This document shows positions 16,719 to 29,448 of a stretch of DNA of 64,000 bases, piece by piece. The DNA lies in NCBI RefSeq assembly GCF_009914755.1, contig NC_060939.1; one strand, written 5' to 3'. Positions within the stretch are counted from its first letter, which is position 1; each line of letters starts with the position of its first letter. Both the position numbers and the translations under genes were made by a program. The DNA is from the human T2T-CHM13v2.0 reference genome, Homo sapiens. The notes below the pieces were generated by a model. That model saw only the letters and a list, made by a program, of their open reading frames with translations, ran no database searches and had not been told where the DNA came from.

Positions 16719-17632
16719 CTACAGGTGTAGCAAGATAAAAAAACACACACACACAAAATCATATACTTTATGCTTTACTTCTTACTTCAAACATACATCC
16801 TTGATTAAAGAACAAAAACAACTCACTGAAGGGTGATAAAATAATCAAAATGTATTTGCCCCTGAAAGTGGAATTACTACCTCAAAAAGAATACAACTCT
16901 TTCATTTTCCCCAAAATAATCATGTGAGTTCATGGGCATGCTCATCACTGCTGTCTGTGTGGAAGAGAAGATCGAAGAGGGATTTACTGGACTGAATTGG
17001 CCTAGGAAGCCTTTGCTGGCATCTCTCAGACTGGACTGCAGCCCAGATCCTTTTACTCAGATGCATGCACTTAGAACATGAAAACAGTAAGATAAATGCT
17101 GGTGGTATTATTACCTTATATTGCAAGAACATTTTATGACTTCCTAACTCTGTGTTTTCAATAGAAACATCCCCACTAATGAAATTGTCAATAAATGCTG
17201 CTCAAACCACCCTCCCCAAATACTGAAAAACAGTACGTCCGTTTCTCTGTACCCTTGCCAAGTTGTCTGCAAATGCTTTGTCGATTTTTCTACCGAGTTA
17301 GACAAACTTGTGATTTTTTTCCCTTTCTTAACACAAATTTAAAAAGTAGGAAACAAAACCTAGTGGATAAAATGACATATTTTCAATATGAGTTCTGTGG
17401 CAGTCTCACATGGAAGTCAGGAGTAACAGCCTCAATTCCTAAATAGCTGTTTACCACTGCTTTTTTGAGCATATTTAAGTAATACAGAATATAAAGGAGC
17501 AAACAAAATATGAAGTTTATAAAAGATTTCAAACACTTTTCTAAAAATGAGGCCCATATTTTAGAGGTATTTCATTCCTTTTCTCAAACAATATGGAGAT
17601 TTATAAATATGAGAATATATAGATATACAGAC

Positions 17633-17736
17633 CTTAATAAATGAAGTGGAAAACCAGTTAGCTTTAATTTCTTCACAATTTTTATGGATTTATCCAGATC
17701 AAGGACAACTCCTGTGGCAGCTATCCGAAAATCAGG
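17633..17736 (-). pseudogene. BMS1P: BMS1P exon (104 nt; PDFRIAATGVVLDLDKSIKIVKKLKLTGFP...SFIK) with ~19-nt frameshift deletion
   Basis: Acceptor CTGTTAG, donor AAG|GTCTGT; the parent YKIFKN codons are missing. Confidence 0.9.
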
Positions 17737-17930
17737 CTAACAGGAACCCCAAAATTTGAAAATAGGAATAATATTAGCAAAAGAAAAACTTCAATTCTAT
17801 GTGACACAATAAATTACCAAAGTGAATTTTACTTACAATTAGCTAAGAAAAACAAGAGAGACCATCTGAACTTGCAACCCAGTGGTTTGACAAAAGCAAT
17901 CCAAAACTTTAAAGTTGGTAAGCCAAACTA

Positions 17931-18170
<240 letters not shown>

Positions 18171-18704
18171 TTACTATAATGATTTATTTGGAACGAAATG
18201 GAAAAGAAAAATACAGTTGCAATGTTTAGGAAATTAAAATTTGGACCTCCAGGGAAGATTCCATCTGCTCATTATTCTGCTTTCTTCTCTGTTAAATGGG
18301 ACCAGTAAACCCTGCCCTGCGTGACTGGTCAAATGAAAATGGAGTGAACAGACTGCTACCCCAGCACAGCTGCAGGGAGTCTTGTGTCTGGGTGGTCTCT
18401 GATGGCTCCTCATAACCTCATATAGTGCTTAGCACATGGTGAGCACTGCTTAAATACTTGCTTAGATAAATAAATGCAAAAGATGCACAAAAATAGGAAA
18501 TGTACCATTATAATTCTTCCACCTCCCCTCCTCTAATCCCACACCCTACTGAAAAGGATGTACGAAGATTAAAAGCAAAGGGAAATTTACTTTATATTAA
18601 TAAAAATGAGTAATTTTCAACTTAAAGTCTCATGTACATAATAACCCACATTCAGGATATATTTCTCAAACCAATCTGTAAAAGAAATCATCCAAGATAG
18701 TTAC

Positions 18705-18763
18705 CATTATGCCACTGACAGACTGTATTGCCAAGAAACCAGTTCCCTGTGGAGTGATAGGGT
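18705..18763 (-). pseudogene. BMS1P: BMS1P exon (59 nt; DPITPQGTGFLAIQSVSGIM)
   Basis: Acceptor TTTTCCTTTAAG, donor ATG|GTAACT. Confidence 0.92.
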
Positions 18764-19009
18764 CTTAAAGGAAAAGGAAAAAAAGAAATATAGCAAACCA
18801 CAAACTTTAGATTCTAGTTTAACATACTGGATATGGACATTTAGATTTGGATATAGATTTACATATATACTCCAAACCACCTCCCCGCTCCCAGAAAAGA
18901 GAAAAATCTTAGGAGTGGAATTTTATGAAAGGAAAAGCACAAAGCTAAAATAACGCAGCCTGTAAGGTTTAATCTCGGCAATAGGCAAGTTATTGTAATC
19001 ATATTTTAC

Positions 19010-19190
19010 CCCAAAAGGCTGCTCCACAATGCATGTGCTGTGGGGTATACTTTAGAAGCCTTTGTCTTCCATTGTGGTCTTCGATATAATAGAGCGGGAT
19101 GGTCTGAAACCTCCTCCACCCTACAGAAAATATGATTGGATCTCGGGACTTGAGGATTTTCTTATACCAGCGATGTTTCTTCAGATGCAT
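19010..19190 (-). pseudogene. BMS1P: BMS1P exon (181 nt; [60 protein letters not shown])
   Basis: Acceptor CCCTCAG, donor GG|GTAAAA. Confidence 0.94.
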
Positions 19191-19274
19191 CTGAGGGGGA
19201 TGAGAGGGTAAGATGATTGATGGAGGGGAAATCCACAGAGCCTCAGGCACCAAATATGCAGCAAAAGGACCCAC

Positions 19275-19463
19275 CTCCACGTATCCAACATTTCCCTCGC
19301 TGTTGCCCAAGCCACCCAGGATAATGGGGTAATGGGGGTCAATGTTCTGCACAAATTCACAGGGAACATTTTCAATCTCAACGCGGACGTACATCCCAGG
19401 TCGAAAACCCTCATACTGAACTCTGGCTTCATCATCTTGATCTTCAAATTCTGCATGATTCAG
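19275..19463 (-). pseudogene. BMS1P: BMS1P exon (189 nt; [63 protein letters not shown])
   Basis: Acceptor GTACAG, donor GAG|GTGGGT; lies in ORF 18999..19571. Confidence 0.94.
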
Positions 19464-19611
19464 CTGTACATGACGGGGCGGGGGGCGGGGAACCTGTATG
19501 CTGTTATCTGTAATAAACATAGGATTAACATGAACAAATGAGCAATTTCTAAATAAAGGAACTGTGGACAAAATTATGTAGGCTTTATCCTATTAAAAAT
19601 ACTACACATTT

Positions 19612-19918
19612 GGCCGGGTACAGTGGCTCATGCCTGTAATCCCAGCACTTTGGGAGGCCGAGGCGGGCAGATCACATGAGGTCAGGAGTTTAAAACCAGC
19701 CTCGCCAACATGGTGAAACCCCGTCTCTACTAAAAATACCAAAATCAGCTGGGTGTGGTGGTGCCTGCCTATAGTCCCAACTACTCAGGAGGCAGAGGTG
19801 AGAGAATCGCTTGAACCTGGGAGACGGAGGTTGCAGTGAGTCAAGATCGTGCCACTGCACTCCAGCCTGGGCAATAGAGCGAGATTCCATCTCAAAAAAC
19901 AAAAAAAAACAAAAAAAA
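19612..19918 (+). mobile_element. AluS
   Basis: Full dimer; TACACATTT flanking duplication. Confidence 0.93.
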
Positions 19919-20429
19919 CCTACACATTTTACCTCTACAGTCTGCTCAGAATATGTCCCAACCGTTTTCTTCTCTCCTGCTCCAAGGGACAGCAAATGTA
20001 GATAACTGTGGAGCCCTGCGTGCTCAAACATTGGAAACATCCCCAGTCCACACCTTCTTTCCTTCCTCTCCAAACAATTCTTTCACACTTTTCTCTTGTC
20101 TTCAAACACCCACCACCACCCTCACCTTCACTCAGCTGATGGCTGTTTCCTGATTCACTCCAAAACCAAAAGAACCTCTATGGTCAACCCTCTACCAGGG
20201 TTTCCTCCCATATCCAGCCTTATCAGAGCTCTGACCTGGCCCATAGAGGAGCTATGTGTGGCTATTTAAATTAAAATTAATTACAATTACATAATATTAA
20301 AAATGCAGTTCCTCAATCACACTAGTCACACTGGAAGTGGTCCATATCAACCTGCGGCCAGTGTTACAATATTGGGAAGCACAGACGTGCATCTCCATGA
20401 TCACAGAAAGTTCTACGGGCAGCTCAGGC

Positions 20430-21410
20430 ACAGATGATTTGTCCATGCCTTTACTCCGGGCCACACATCACTTGCTCACTAGACACCATCCACTCTTCCT
20501 GGATTTTATTCCAACAGCTCTTCCCTCTGTTCTCTCTCTTATCTCAAAACCTTTTGATTCCACTTCTTCCACCAAAAACTGCTTCATTTCTCTGCTTCTC
20601 TCTGCAGCAAAACCCCACAAAAGTTTTCCGCAGTTGCAGCCTCCAGTTCCTCTGCTCCCATTCTCCTACATCCATGAAAATTGGTGCTTGCCAAGATTGC
20701 TGAAGGCCTCCACGCTGAAGGACTCCTCCAGTGGTCAACTCTGCCTTTACCGTAGTTAACACTGCAGCGGGATCTGAACAGTGCTTCGCCTCCATGTACA
20801 ACTGGACTCCTGCGTGCCTGCATGCTCACACTGCTTCTCCCTCTCCCTCCTCGGCACTGCTCAGGCCTCACAGCCGCAATCGCCCCATCTCGCCCATGCC
20901 AGTCTTGCTCCTCCCAGTCACTCTGCACTCACTCCCTGGCCACCTCACAGAGTTAAGTGGCATCTACATGCTGACGGCTGTACATCTAAGTCCCTGGCCA
21001 GACCTGTCTCTCCAGACTTGACGCTCCGCTTGTCTGCATGATACCCAGCCAAACCAAACATCATCTTCCCAAAACTGCATCTGCAGACAGTTTCCTATCT
21101 AACCTGCAACAACCCATCCTTCCAGGAATTTCCAGCCGCCATCCTCATTTCCTCTCACACATCCCACATTCAGTCCACCAGGAAATCCTACTGACCCAGC
21201 TTCCAAATAAACTCTATCCAGGTTTGACTCTTTGTCTCATCTCCACTGCCAGCCCTCTGGTTTGTGCCACCGGACTGATCTCTACCAGACTGATCTCTTG
21301 GCAGAGTGATCTGATTACCTGAATGTCTCTCCTCTGCTCAAAACCCTCCAAGGACTCCCATTTCAGAGTGAAACATTCAGTCTTTTCCAATGGCACACAA
21401 GGCTCTAGGT
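20430..21410 (+). mobile_element. LINE-2 fragment (MER33/MER3-like piece adjacent at ~20250-20420)
   Basis: Pyrimidine-rich L2 motifs, e.g. CTCTCCTCTGCTCAAAACCCTCCAAGGACTCCCATTTC. Confidence 0.65.
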
Positions 21411-22214
21411 AATTTTAAATTGTAAATGGTGTGAAGCAAAAACTTCAGAGTTAGCCTAGTCATGCCTTTCAAAGGTCAACACAGACTAGCAACCACTAAG
21501 CTAATGCCTAATCAGGAAACAGTCCTTTGACTAGATGAAGACCTAGGATGAAACTCCGTTTCACAAATCATACACCTAATCTGTTCCAGCTTACACAGGC
21601 ACTCCTGGCCTCACTAACAAGACGCAACTCAGATGCTCACCATCAACTGTACACACGTTTCTGTGTCTGTCTCCTTCAGAGTCAGATCACCGCCTCCAGC
21701 AACCTGCTCAGCACCCCCAGGCAGGAGGGCCACACCATCTCCCTTATCTCCGCATCTGACCTTATACTCCACATGTCCTTCTGAACTCTGACCAGGATGT
21801 TTTGAGAGCACTTCCCCTGGGAGCTCTTGTGTGTCCATAAGCCACACAGGCCACTGATCACCTGCCATTCAAATCAGGGAGCAGCGATCAGAATAGGCAG
21901 CATTGGCTTGCACTGAAATGAACACACTGTCTTAGATCACTACATTGTAAAAGTCTCAAAAGTAGAGACCATGTCTCAGTCATTTCGGTTTCCTAATTCT
22001 TGTTACAAAATAGGTATGGATCTTTTTCTGGTGACCTTCTGACTGTAGAAACAATGAGCTCACTGCATGAATAAACACACTCACATGCATCTACCCAGGA
22101 GTCCAACTGAAAGGCACAGAAGCAGGATAGGAAGCAGGGACCCAAAGAAAGTCAGGGATTCCTGCACTATGTGATAGTCTTGACAAGGGGCTAAGAGGAA
22201 CTGAGGTTTCTCAC

Positions 22215-22386
22215 CTGTGCTTGTTTCTGCATTTCTCCTTTAAGATCATCAAAATATGTGCTTTCTCCTTCATCATATTCCACATCAAACATCTCCTTCA
22301 ATTTTCTCTTCTTATCCAAATGCTTTTTCTTGGCACTTTCTTCTTCATCAGGGTCAATTTCTTTCTTGTTTCTCTATATCTTCATT
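22215..22386 (-). pseudogene. BMS1P: BMS1P exon (172 nt; NEDIEK...EIDPDEEESAKKKHLDKKRKLKEMFDVEYDEGESTYFDDLKGEMQKQAQ), frameshifted
   Basis: Acceptor TTTAAG, donor CAG|GTGAGA; 172 nt vs 177 expected from the parent peptide, giving an early TGA. Confidence 0.9.
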
Positions 22387-23031
22387 CTTAAATTTCCAGA
22401 AGAAAAAATTTTGTGTATGTTTATGAAGGTCTTTTCTTTAAACATTAGATTTTTTAAAGTTCTATTTAAACAAAAATCTTAGCAAAAATCTGTTATCGTT
22501 ATCAATAAAACAAAACAAAACACAACATAACCTTGGTCTCTGAATAACATGGTACTGCTACATGAAATTGTTACATCTGCATTACAATTAGCTGCTATTC
22601 CTTAAGCTGGCTGGGAACACAAACTAGAATAAAAATAACAGATATGTCCCTCACCCAGATGCTCCCAGACCCTGTTCTAAAGAAATATTAGGGAGAACAG
22701 GGACTTCATTCTTTTAAATGACACTTAAATTTAAAAAGAGGAGAATGATGGCAATGGTTGAATGTAAGTCTGAGAAGCTAAGACTTCTGTGAGTGAAAAA
22801 TCACAGTGGACTTGGCAAATGACTATGGCAAGAAACGGTAGTAACTGTCGTCCAAAACTTAACAAGTAAACAAGAAAGCTTCTCTTTGGTCTCCACATCC
22901 CCACCCTTTAGGAAGGAATCTATCCATCCCATCTGCAATCTTCACACATCACAAGTAAGATTTGCATTTCTCAATATGGGCCTCTCTCAGAACACAATGA
23001 CCAAGAACAGCCAGCTACAACAAAGACATAC

Positions 23032-23105
23032 CTGAGTATCGGGGCCCGATTTTCCCTTGTGCACGTCCCCTGTTTCCAAGTCTTCAAAGTCACCATAGAG
23101 CTCCT
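23032..23105 (-). pseudogene. BMS1P: BMS1P exon (74 nt; EELYGDFEDLETGDVHKGKSGPDTQ)
   Basis: Acceptor TTTTCCCAG, donor CAG|GTATGT; peptide visible in ORF 22987..23241. Confidence 0.92.
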
Positions 23106-23277
23106 CTGGGAAAAGAACACCCAAAGGCTGCTCTGTGAGCCTGGCATGCATGTGCTGCTGGCCCCACCCACGACAGGCCCACAATGCGCTCCGTGTTCCA
23201 AGCCTCATTCTCACTGCTCCCGTCACTAGACACACAGGCAAAACTTTGCACTAGGGAATGCTTCATAAAACGGTTAG

Positions 23278-23972
<695 letters not shown>

Positions 23973-24290
23973 AATGGACACTCTTTATGAAAGACACAGA
24001 GGTCTATCTGTGTCCCCCAAACGAATAATTCAAAGAGTGAATGGAAAAGTCCCACGCTGATAACCAGTACATGTGAAAAGGAGTCTCAATGTAAGTTCAA
24101 CACAACACAATCATGTAACACACCTAGGGGAAATTTTAGATTATATAAAACATAGCATTTAGATTAAGAGTAGAGCCCCAAACCACACCAAACCCATGGG
24201 AAGAGCTTATTCACTTATTCATTCCTTCATTTGTTTTTGGAGCTCTGGGCTCAATTATAGTTCCCACTCTTAAAAGAAATAGACAAGTAA

Positions 24291-24420
24291 GGCTGGGTGC
24301 AGTGGCTCACACTGTAAACCCAGCACTTTGGGGGCCCGGGAGGCAGAGGTTGCAGTGAGCCATAATTGCATCACTGAACTCCAGCCTGGGTGACAGAGTG
24401 AGACCCTGTCTCAAAAAAAG
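24291..24420 (+). mobile_element. Deleted Alu
   Basis: Alu 5' and 3' motifs fused. Confidence 0.8.
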
Positions 24421-24869
24421 GATAACAAAAGAAAGAGGCAAGTTAAAACTCATTTGGGAGAGCAATATTTAGAAGGCTATTAAAACATTTTCACATAAGG
24501 GCCAAAGAACCAGGTAGACATTATAAAAGATAGGAAGCTCCTATTTGTAATAAAAGCAAAAAAGGATAAAATAGGAATAAACCTAACAAGAAGTGCACCG
24601 GAACTTTATTTTTTAAAAAAGAAGAAAAGCTTTAATAGGCTACCAAAGGACAAAAGGAATAGCATCACTACCAACACTCGTAAGTGCTCTCCACACCAGG
24701 CACTGCGTTAAGTACTTTCCTTGCCTTAACCACATTCTTCAACCCAAGGAAGTAGGTGTTGTAAATATTATATACTGAATAATGATACGTCCTCATTTGA
24801 AAAGAAAGATTCGACATCACAAATATGCCAATTCTCCCTTTAGCACAGTTACAACCCGAAACCACCACT

Positions 24870-27800
24870 AAGGATTTCTGGTCTAGAGAAGATAACACAT
24901 TATACCCTCCTAAGAAATGTAACCCAAATTGTAGAAATAATAGACAGGAGAGGATCAATGGAGAATTCCAAAAGGTGGACAGAAAAAGGCTGCTGAGGGA
25001 CTCTAGGACTAGGGAATGCATAGTAGCCAGGTGTCTCCCTGGACCTCATCCAATAGGAAGGTGACCCAGGCCCAGAGTTTCCCAACTCCCAACGTAGCAA
25101 TAGAAGGCAACCCAGGCAGACTCAGTCCCTGCAGATCAAAGGAGATCTTCCCCACAACAAGAAAACCAGCTCCACACACCAAGACCACCACCATTCCCCA
25201 CCCACCTAGCTGCAGCAGGTGGCCCAGCCTGGGGCAGCTCCCCTGTTCCCTCAGGTGGGCAACAGAAGGGACTGGTGGGAGAATCCCAGTGATACATATA
25301 AGCCAAACAGACCAAAATAACACCATGAAAGCTCTGAAATTAAATTGCCATTGCAATCACAGCCCACAAAGTAGACCAAGACCTACAGACTAAACCTAAA
25401 CAGGAGGACTGCCTGCAAAAATAAAAAAAATTACATAGGCAGATGTTGGAACCATCTGACTCATCACTTGTAACAGCCAGTATAAAAATGCTTCAACAAG
25501 CAACTACAAATCCTATGGCAACAATCAAAGAACTGAAAACGTCAGCAAAGAAACTGAAGAAGAATCAAATGGAAATTACAGAAATATAAAATACAGTAAA
25601 AGAAATTTTAAAAAAATCTAACTGGATGGGCTCTATTGAGTAAAAGTGGAGACGACAGAGGAGAGAATCAGAGAAGCTGAAACCTGATCAACAGAATTCA
25701 CCCGGTCTAAACAATAGAGAGAAAATAACCTGAAAACAAATGAACAGAGTTGCACGGACCTGTGGGACGATAACAAAAGACCACGCATTTATGTTATCTG
25801 AGTCCCACAGGAGACCAGAGCTGTGAAAGCATGCAAATAACTAATTCCTGAGGCTTCCCACATTTGGTGAAAGATATAAACTTACAGATTCAAGAAGCTG
25901 AGCAAACCTCAAAGTATACCAAAAGAAAGCAACACTGATTAAACTTTCAAAACTAAAAACAAAGACCAAAAATGGCAGAATGCCTGTAGGGACACGCCAA
26001 TTCAAATGCCATGGAGGCCAGAAGGAAGTGGCACAACATTTTCAAGTGCTTAAAAAAAACCAACCAAACAAAAAAACCAACCAAACAAAAAACTGTTCGC
26101 TGCAAATTCTATATCCCATGAAACTACCCTTCAGAAATGAAGAGAGAAATAAAGACATTCTCCGAGGAAGAGAATATAGGAATTTGTCACTGGTCAATTT
26201 AGACATGCTAAAAAGTGGCTACAGAAATATGTTCTGTCATTTCCACAATACAAAAAATTAAAACAAAAAAATCAAAATAAAAAATGGCTATAGAAAGTTC
26301 TTATGCAGAAGGGATGAATATGGGACTACGGGAGGAGGGACAAAGGAAAGACCAGAAATGTGGATACATACGCGAGACAATCCACAGTTCTTAAAATCAC
26401 ATTTGACGACTGAAACAAAAACTATACCACCACCTAATACTCAAGCCAGTGATTTATACAAGTGGAAAAGGTAAAGAGACATAAATGCAAGGCAGGTTTC
26501 CACACTTTGAAGTGGTAAATACTGGTACCAGTAGACTACTATATTACAATACACATATTGTAACATCCAGAGCAAACACTTTAAGACTATACAAAGAGAT
26601 ACACGCAACAACATTATACAGAAATAGATCAAGATGGAGGGAAAGAAAAAGGAAACAAAAAAGCAAATAATAAAAACATCAGACATAAGCAATTATGTAA
26701 CAATAAGCACCTTAAATGTAAATGGTCTAAATAAACCAAAAGACAGATTGATGGAGAGCCTATAATAAACACATGGCCCAACTAAATACTGTTCATAAGA
26801 AACTTCAAACTCACTTAAGGACCTAAGTAGGTTGAAAGTAAAAGAATGGAGAAAGATATCCTGTGAAATCATTAATTTTTTAAGGAAGCAGGAGTGAATA
26901 TATTAATATCTCATGAAGTAGACTTCAAGCAAAATAATTTACCAGAGCTGGAGAGGGTCTTCGTTGAATTTTAAGATCTAAAATTTCCTATGCTGCCTTG
27001 ACATCTTTGAGCCTCACAGGGCCCCAAAGGCCTAGCCGTGGGTTTTCCTGTTTCTACCAGACACCCCCTACCCTGCCACCCAACAGGAAAGGCTCCCCAC
27101 CTGGCTAGTTCTTTTATCAGCCAGAACAGTTGCACCTCAGCCTAAGAAGTTTCACTTCACCTGTCTGCCAGCCCATGAATTTATTCAAACAAGCCAATTG
27201 CATTCCCCCTCGGGAACCATTGGTCATTGTGTGCTCTTGTTACTATCAAGCCTGCCTGCTTCCTCAGCCCGCAGCCCTCACTCCGCTACAGAGTGCGGTG
27301 CCCATCTGACCCTGTGTGGCATGCAGTGTCCTCCTCTGAGCTGTGGGTATATGTGACTAAAACACTGCTGTTAATCTCATCCATCCACGCCAGGTGTCGT
27401 GTTCAGCCATCTCCTACACTTTAGGGCAGGGACCCCTCCTTCACCAATGGGGTGAAAAGGAAGTGACCATAACAACTGCTTAATGACAAAAGGATTGACC
27501 CACCAAGAAGACATCTACTTCAACATCCTCCTCTTAGCAACTGTTAAAACTAGGCAGAGGCCGGGCACAGTGGCTCATGCCTGTAATCCCAGAACTCTGG
27601 GAGGCAAAGACAAAGGATAGCTTGAGGCCAGGAGTTCGAGCCTGGGCAACATAGCAAGGCCTCATCTCTCCAAAAAATTTTAAATTTAGTCAGGTGTGGC
27701 GGCACACACCTATAGTACCAGCTAGTCAGGAGGTTAAGCCAGGGGAAGTACTTGACCCTAGGAAGTCAAGGCTGCAGTGAGTCATGTTCGTGCCACCGCA

Positions 27801-27996
27801 CTCTAGTGTAAGTGACAGAGTGAAACTAGGCAGAAAAGGAGCAAGGATTTACAAAAGATCTGAACAGTCAACCAGCAAAATCTGACATCCGTATAATACC
27901 CCACTCCCCAACAGCAAAACACACACATTTTTAAAGCCAATAGAAATCTACCAAGATGAAGTACATTTGGGGCAATAAAAGAAATCACAGCAAATC
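24870..27996 (+). mobile_element. Old L1M 5'/ORF1/ORF2-start fragment with nested LTR (~26963-27472) and AluJ (27559-27822); cut off at the TAR1 junction
   Basis: ORF1-type motifs (ILYPMKLPFRNEE), A-rich L1 composition, LTR-like and Alu inserts. Confidence 0.7.
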
Positions 27997-28442
27997 TCAC
28001 TGTGCGCCCCTCTGTGTCGGCGCCGGCGCCGTGCCCCTCTCTGCGCCTTCTTTTTTCACCATGGGGAAGCGTTTGGGGGCCTCTTGAGGGACCCCCTAGA
28101 TGCTTCCACTCAGAGCCCCCAAAGCCGGGGAGCCTCCACTCCTCTGTCTGCAGTCTCCCCTGTCGGTTCTCGCTACCCAGGGTTCAGTGGCCTGGGGGCT
28201 GACGGAGGGGGTCGCCTCTGCCAAGGCCCCTCCCGGCGCCTCCCTGGCTCATCCAGCCCACCTTCCTCCCACGCTGGCTCACGCAAAGTGCTCTGGTCAC
28301 CAGGAGCCCTTCCTGACCAGCCCCAGCCCCTTCTTGGCCTTCGCCCACCTGGCCTCCCCTGGAGCCCTGACCTGGGTGCCAGGCCTGCTGGGTCCAGAGC
28401 CCACCCCGCCCTGAACAACCCCGAGTCTCAGCCACCCTCAGT

Positions 28443-28451
28443 TCTTACCCT
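28443..28451 (-). promoter_or_regulatory. Candidate splice donor AGG|GTAAGA (exon end 28449) downstream of the TAR1 CpG island
   Basis: Near-consensus U1 site oriented toward the BMS1P acceptor at 23105. Confidence 0.5.
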
Positions 28452-28505
28452 TTCACAGCTGGGGAGTGGAGCCTGGGCCTGCGCCTCTCCGCGCCAGCGC
28501 CGGCA

Positions 28506-29202
28506 CTGTGCGCCTCTCCGCCGCTGTCCGCCTCTCCGCCGCGCCGCCGCTGTCCGCCTCTCCGCCGCGCCGCCGCTGTCCGCCCCTCCGCCGCTGTCCG
28601 CCCCTCCGCCGTGCCGCCGCTGTCCGCCTCTGCGCCGCTGTCCGCCTCTCCGTCGCTGTCCGCCTCTCCGCCGCTGTCCGCCTCTCCGCCGCGCCGCCGC
28701 TGTCCGCCTCTCCGCCGCTGTCCGCCTCTCCGCCGCGCCGCCGCTGTCCGCCTCTCCGCCGCTGTCCGCCCCTCCGCCGTGCCGCCGCTGTCCGCCTCTG
28801 CGCCGCTGTCCGCCTCTCCGTCGCTGTCCGCCTCTCCGCCGCTGTCCGCCTCTCCGCCGCGCCGCCGCTGTCCGCCTCTCCGCCGCTGTCCGCCTCTCCG
28901 CCGCGCCGCCGCTGTCCGCCGCGCCGCCGCTGTCCGCCTCTCCGCCGCTGTCCGCCCCTCCGCCGTGCCGCCGCTGTCCGCCTCTCCGCCGCTGTCCGCC
29001 TCTCCGCCGCGCCGCCGCTGTCCGCCTCTCCGCCGCTGTCCGCCTCTCCGCCGCGCCGCCGCTGTCCGCCGCGCCGCCGCTGTCCGCCTCTCCGCCGCTG
29101 TCCGCCCCTCCGCCGTGCCGCCGCTGTCCGCCTCTGCGCCGCTGTCCGCCTCTCCGTCGCTGTCTGCCTCTCCGCCGTGCCGCTGCTGTCCGCCTCTCCG
29201 CC
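28506..29202 (+). repeat. CCG-rich minisatellite, 18-bp (CCGCCGCTGTCCGCCTCT) and 26-bp variant units
   Basis: Directly visible tandem array; no adenine on the plus strand. Confidence 0.95.
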
Positions 29203-29448
29203 ACGCCCGCGCCGGCGCTGTGTGCCTTTGCGAGGGCGGAGCTGCGTTCTCCTCAGCACAGACTTCGGAGATACAGCGAAGGCGGAGCAGTGTTCACCTC
29301 AGCACAGACCCGGGCGGGCGGGCGGGCCGGTGGCACCGCGAGGGCGGAGCTGCGTTCTGCTCTGCACAGACCTTGGGGCACTGCCTCGCTTTGGGACAAC
29401 TCGGGGCCGCATCGACGGTGAATAAAATCCTTCCTGTTTGCAGCCCTG

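Larger units (their letters stand above)
27998..29448 (+). repeat. TAR1 subtelomeric-type sequence / CpG island (29-bp-like and 37-bp-like TERRA-promoter repeats)
   Basis: GCGCCTCTCCGCGCCAGCGCCGGC units; repeated GCGAGGGCGGAGCTGCGTTCTCCTCAGCACAGAC; GCTTTGGGACAACTCGGGGCCGCATCGACGGTGAATAAAATCC, matching human chromosome-end sequence as I recall it. Confidence 0.85.

Noticed and set aside
18999-19571. 190-aa ORF as a functional BMS1 CDS
   Set aside because: It consists of two pseudogene exons plus intronic read-through; neighbouring exons carry frameshifts and stops, and the N-terminal GTPase exons are absent
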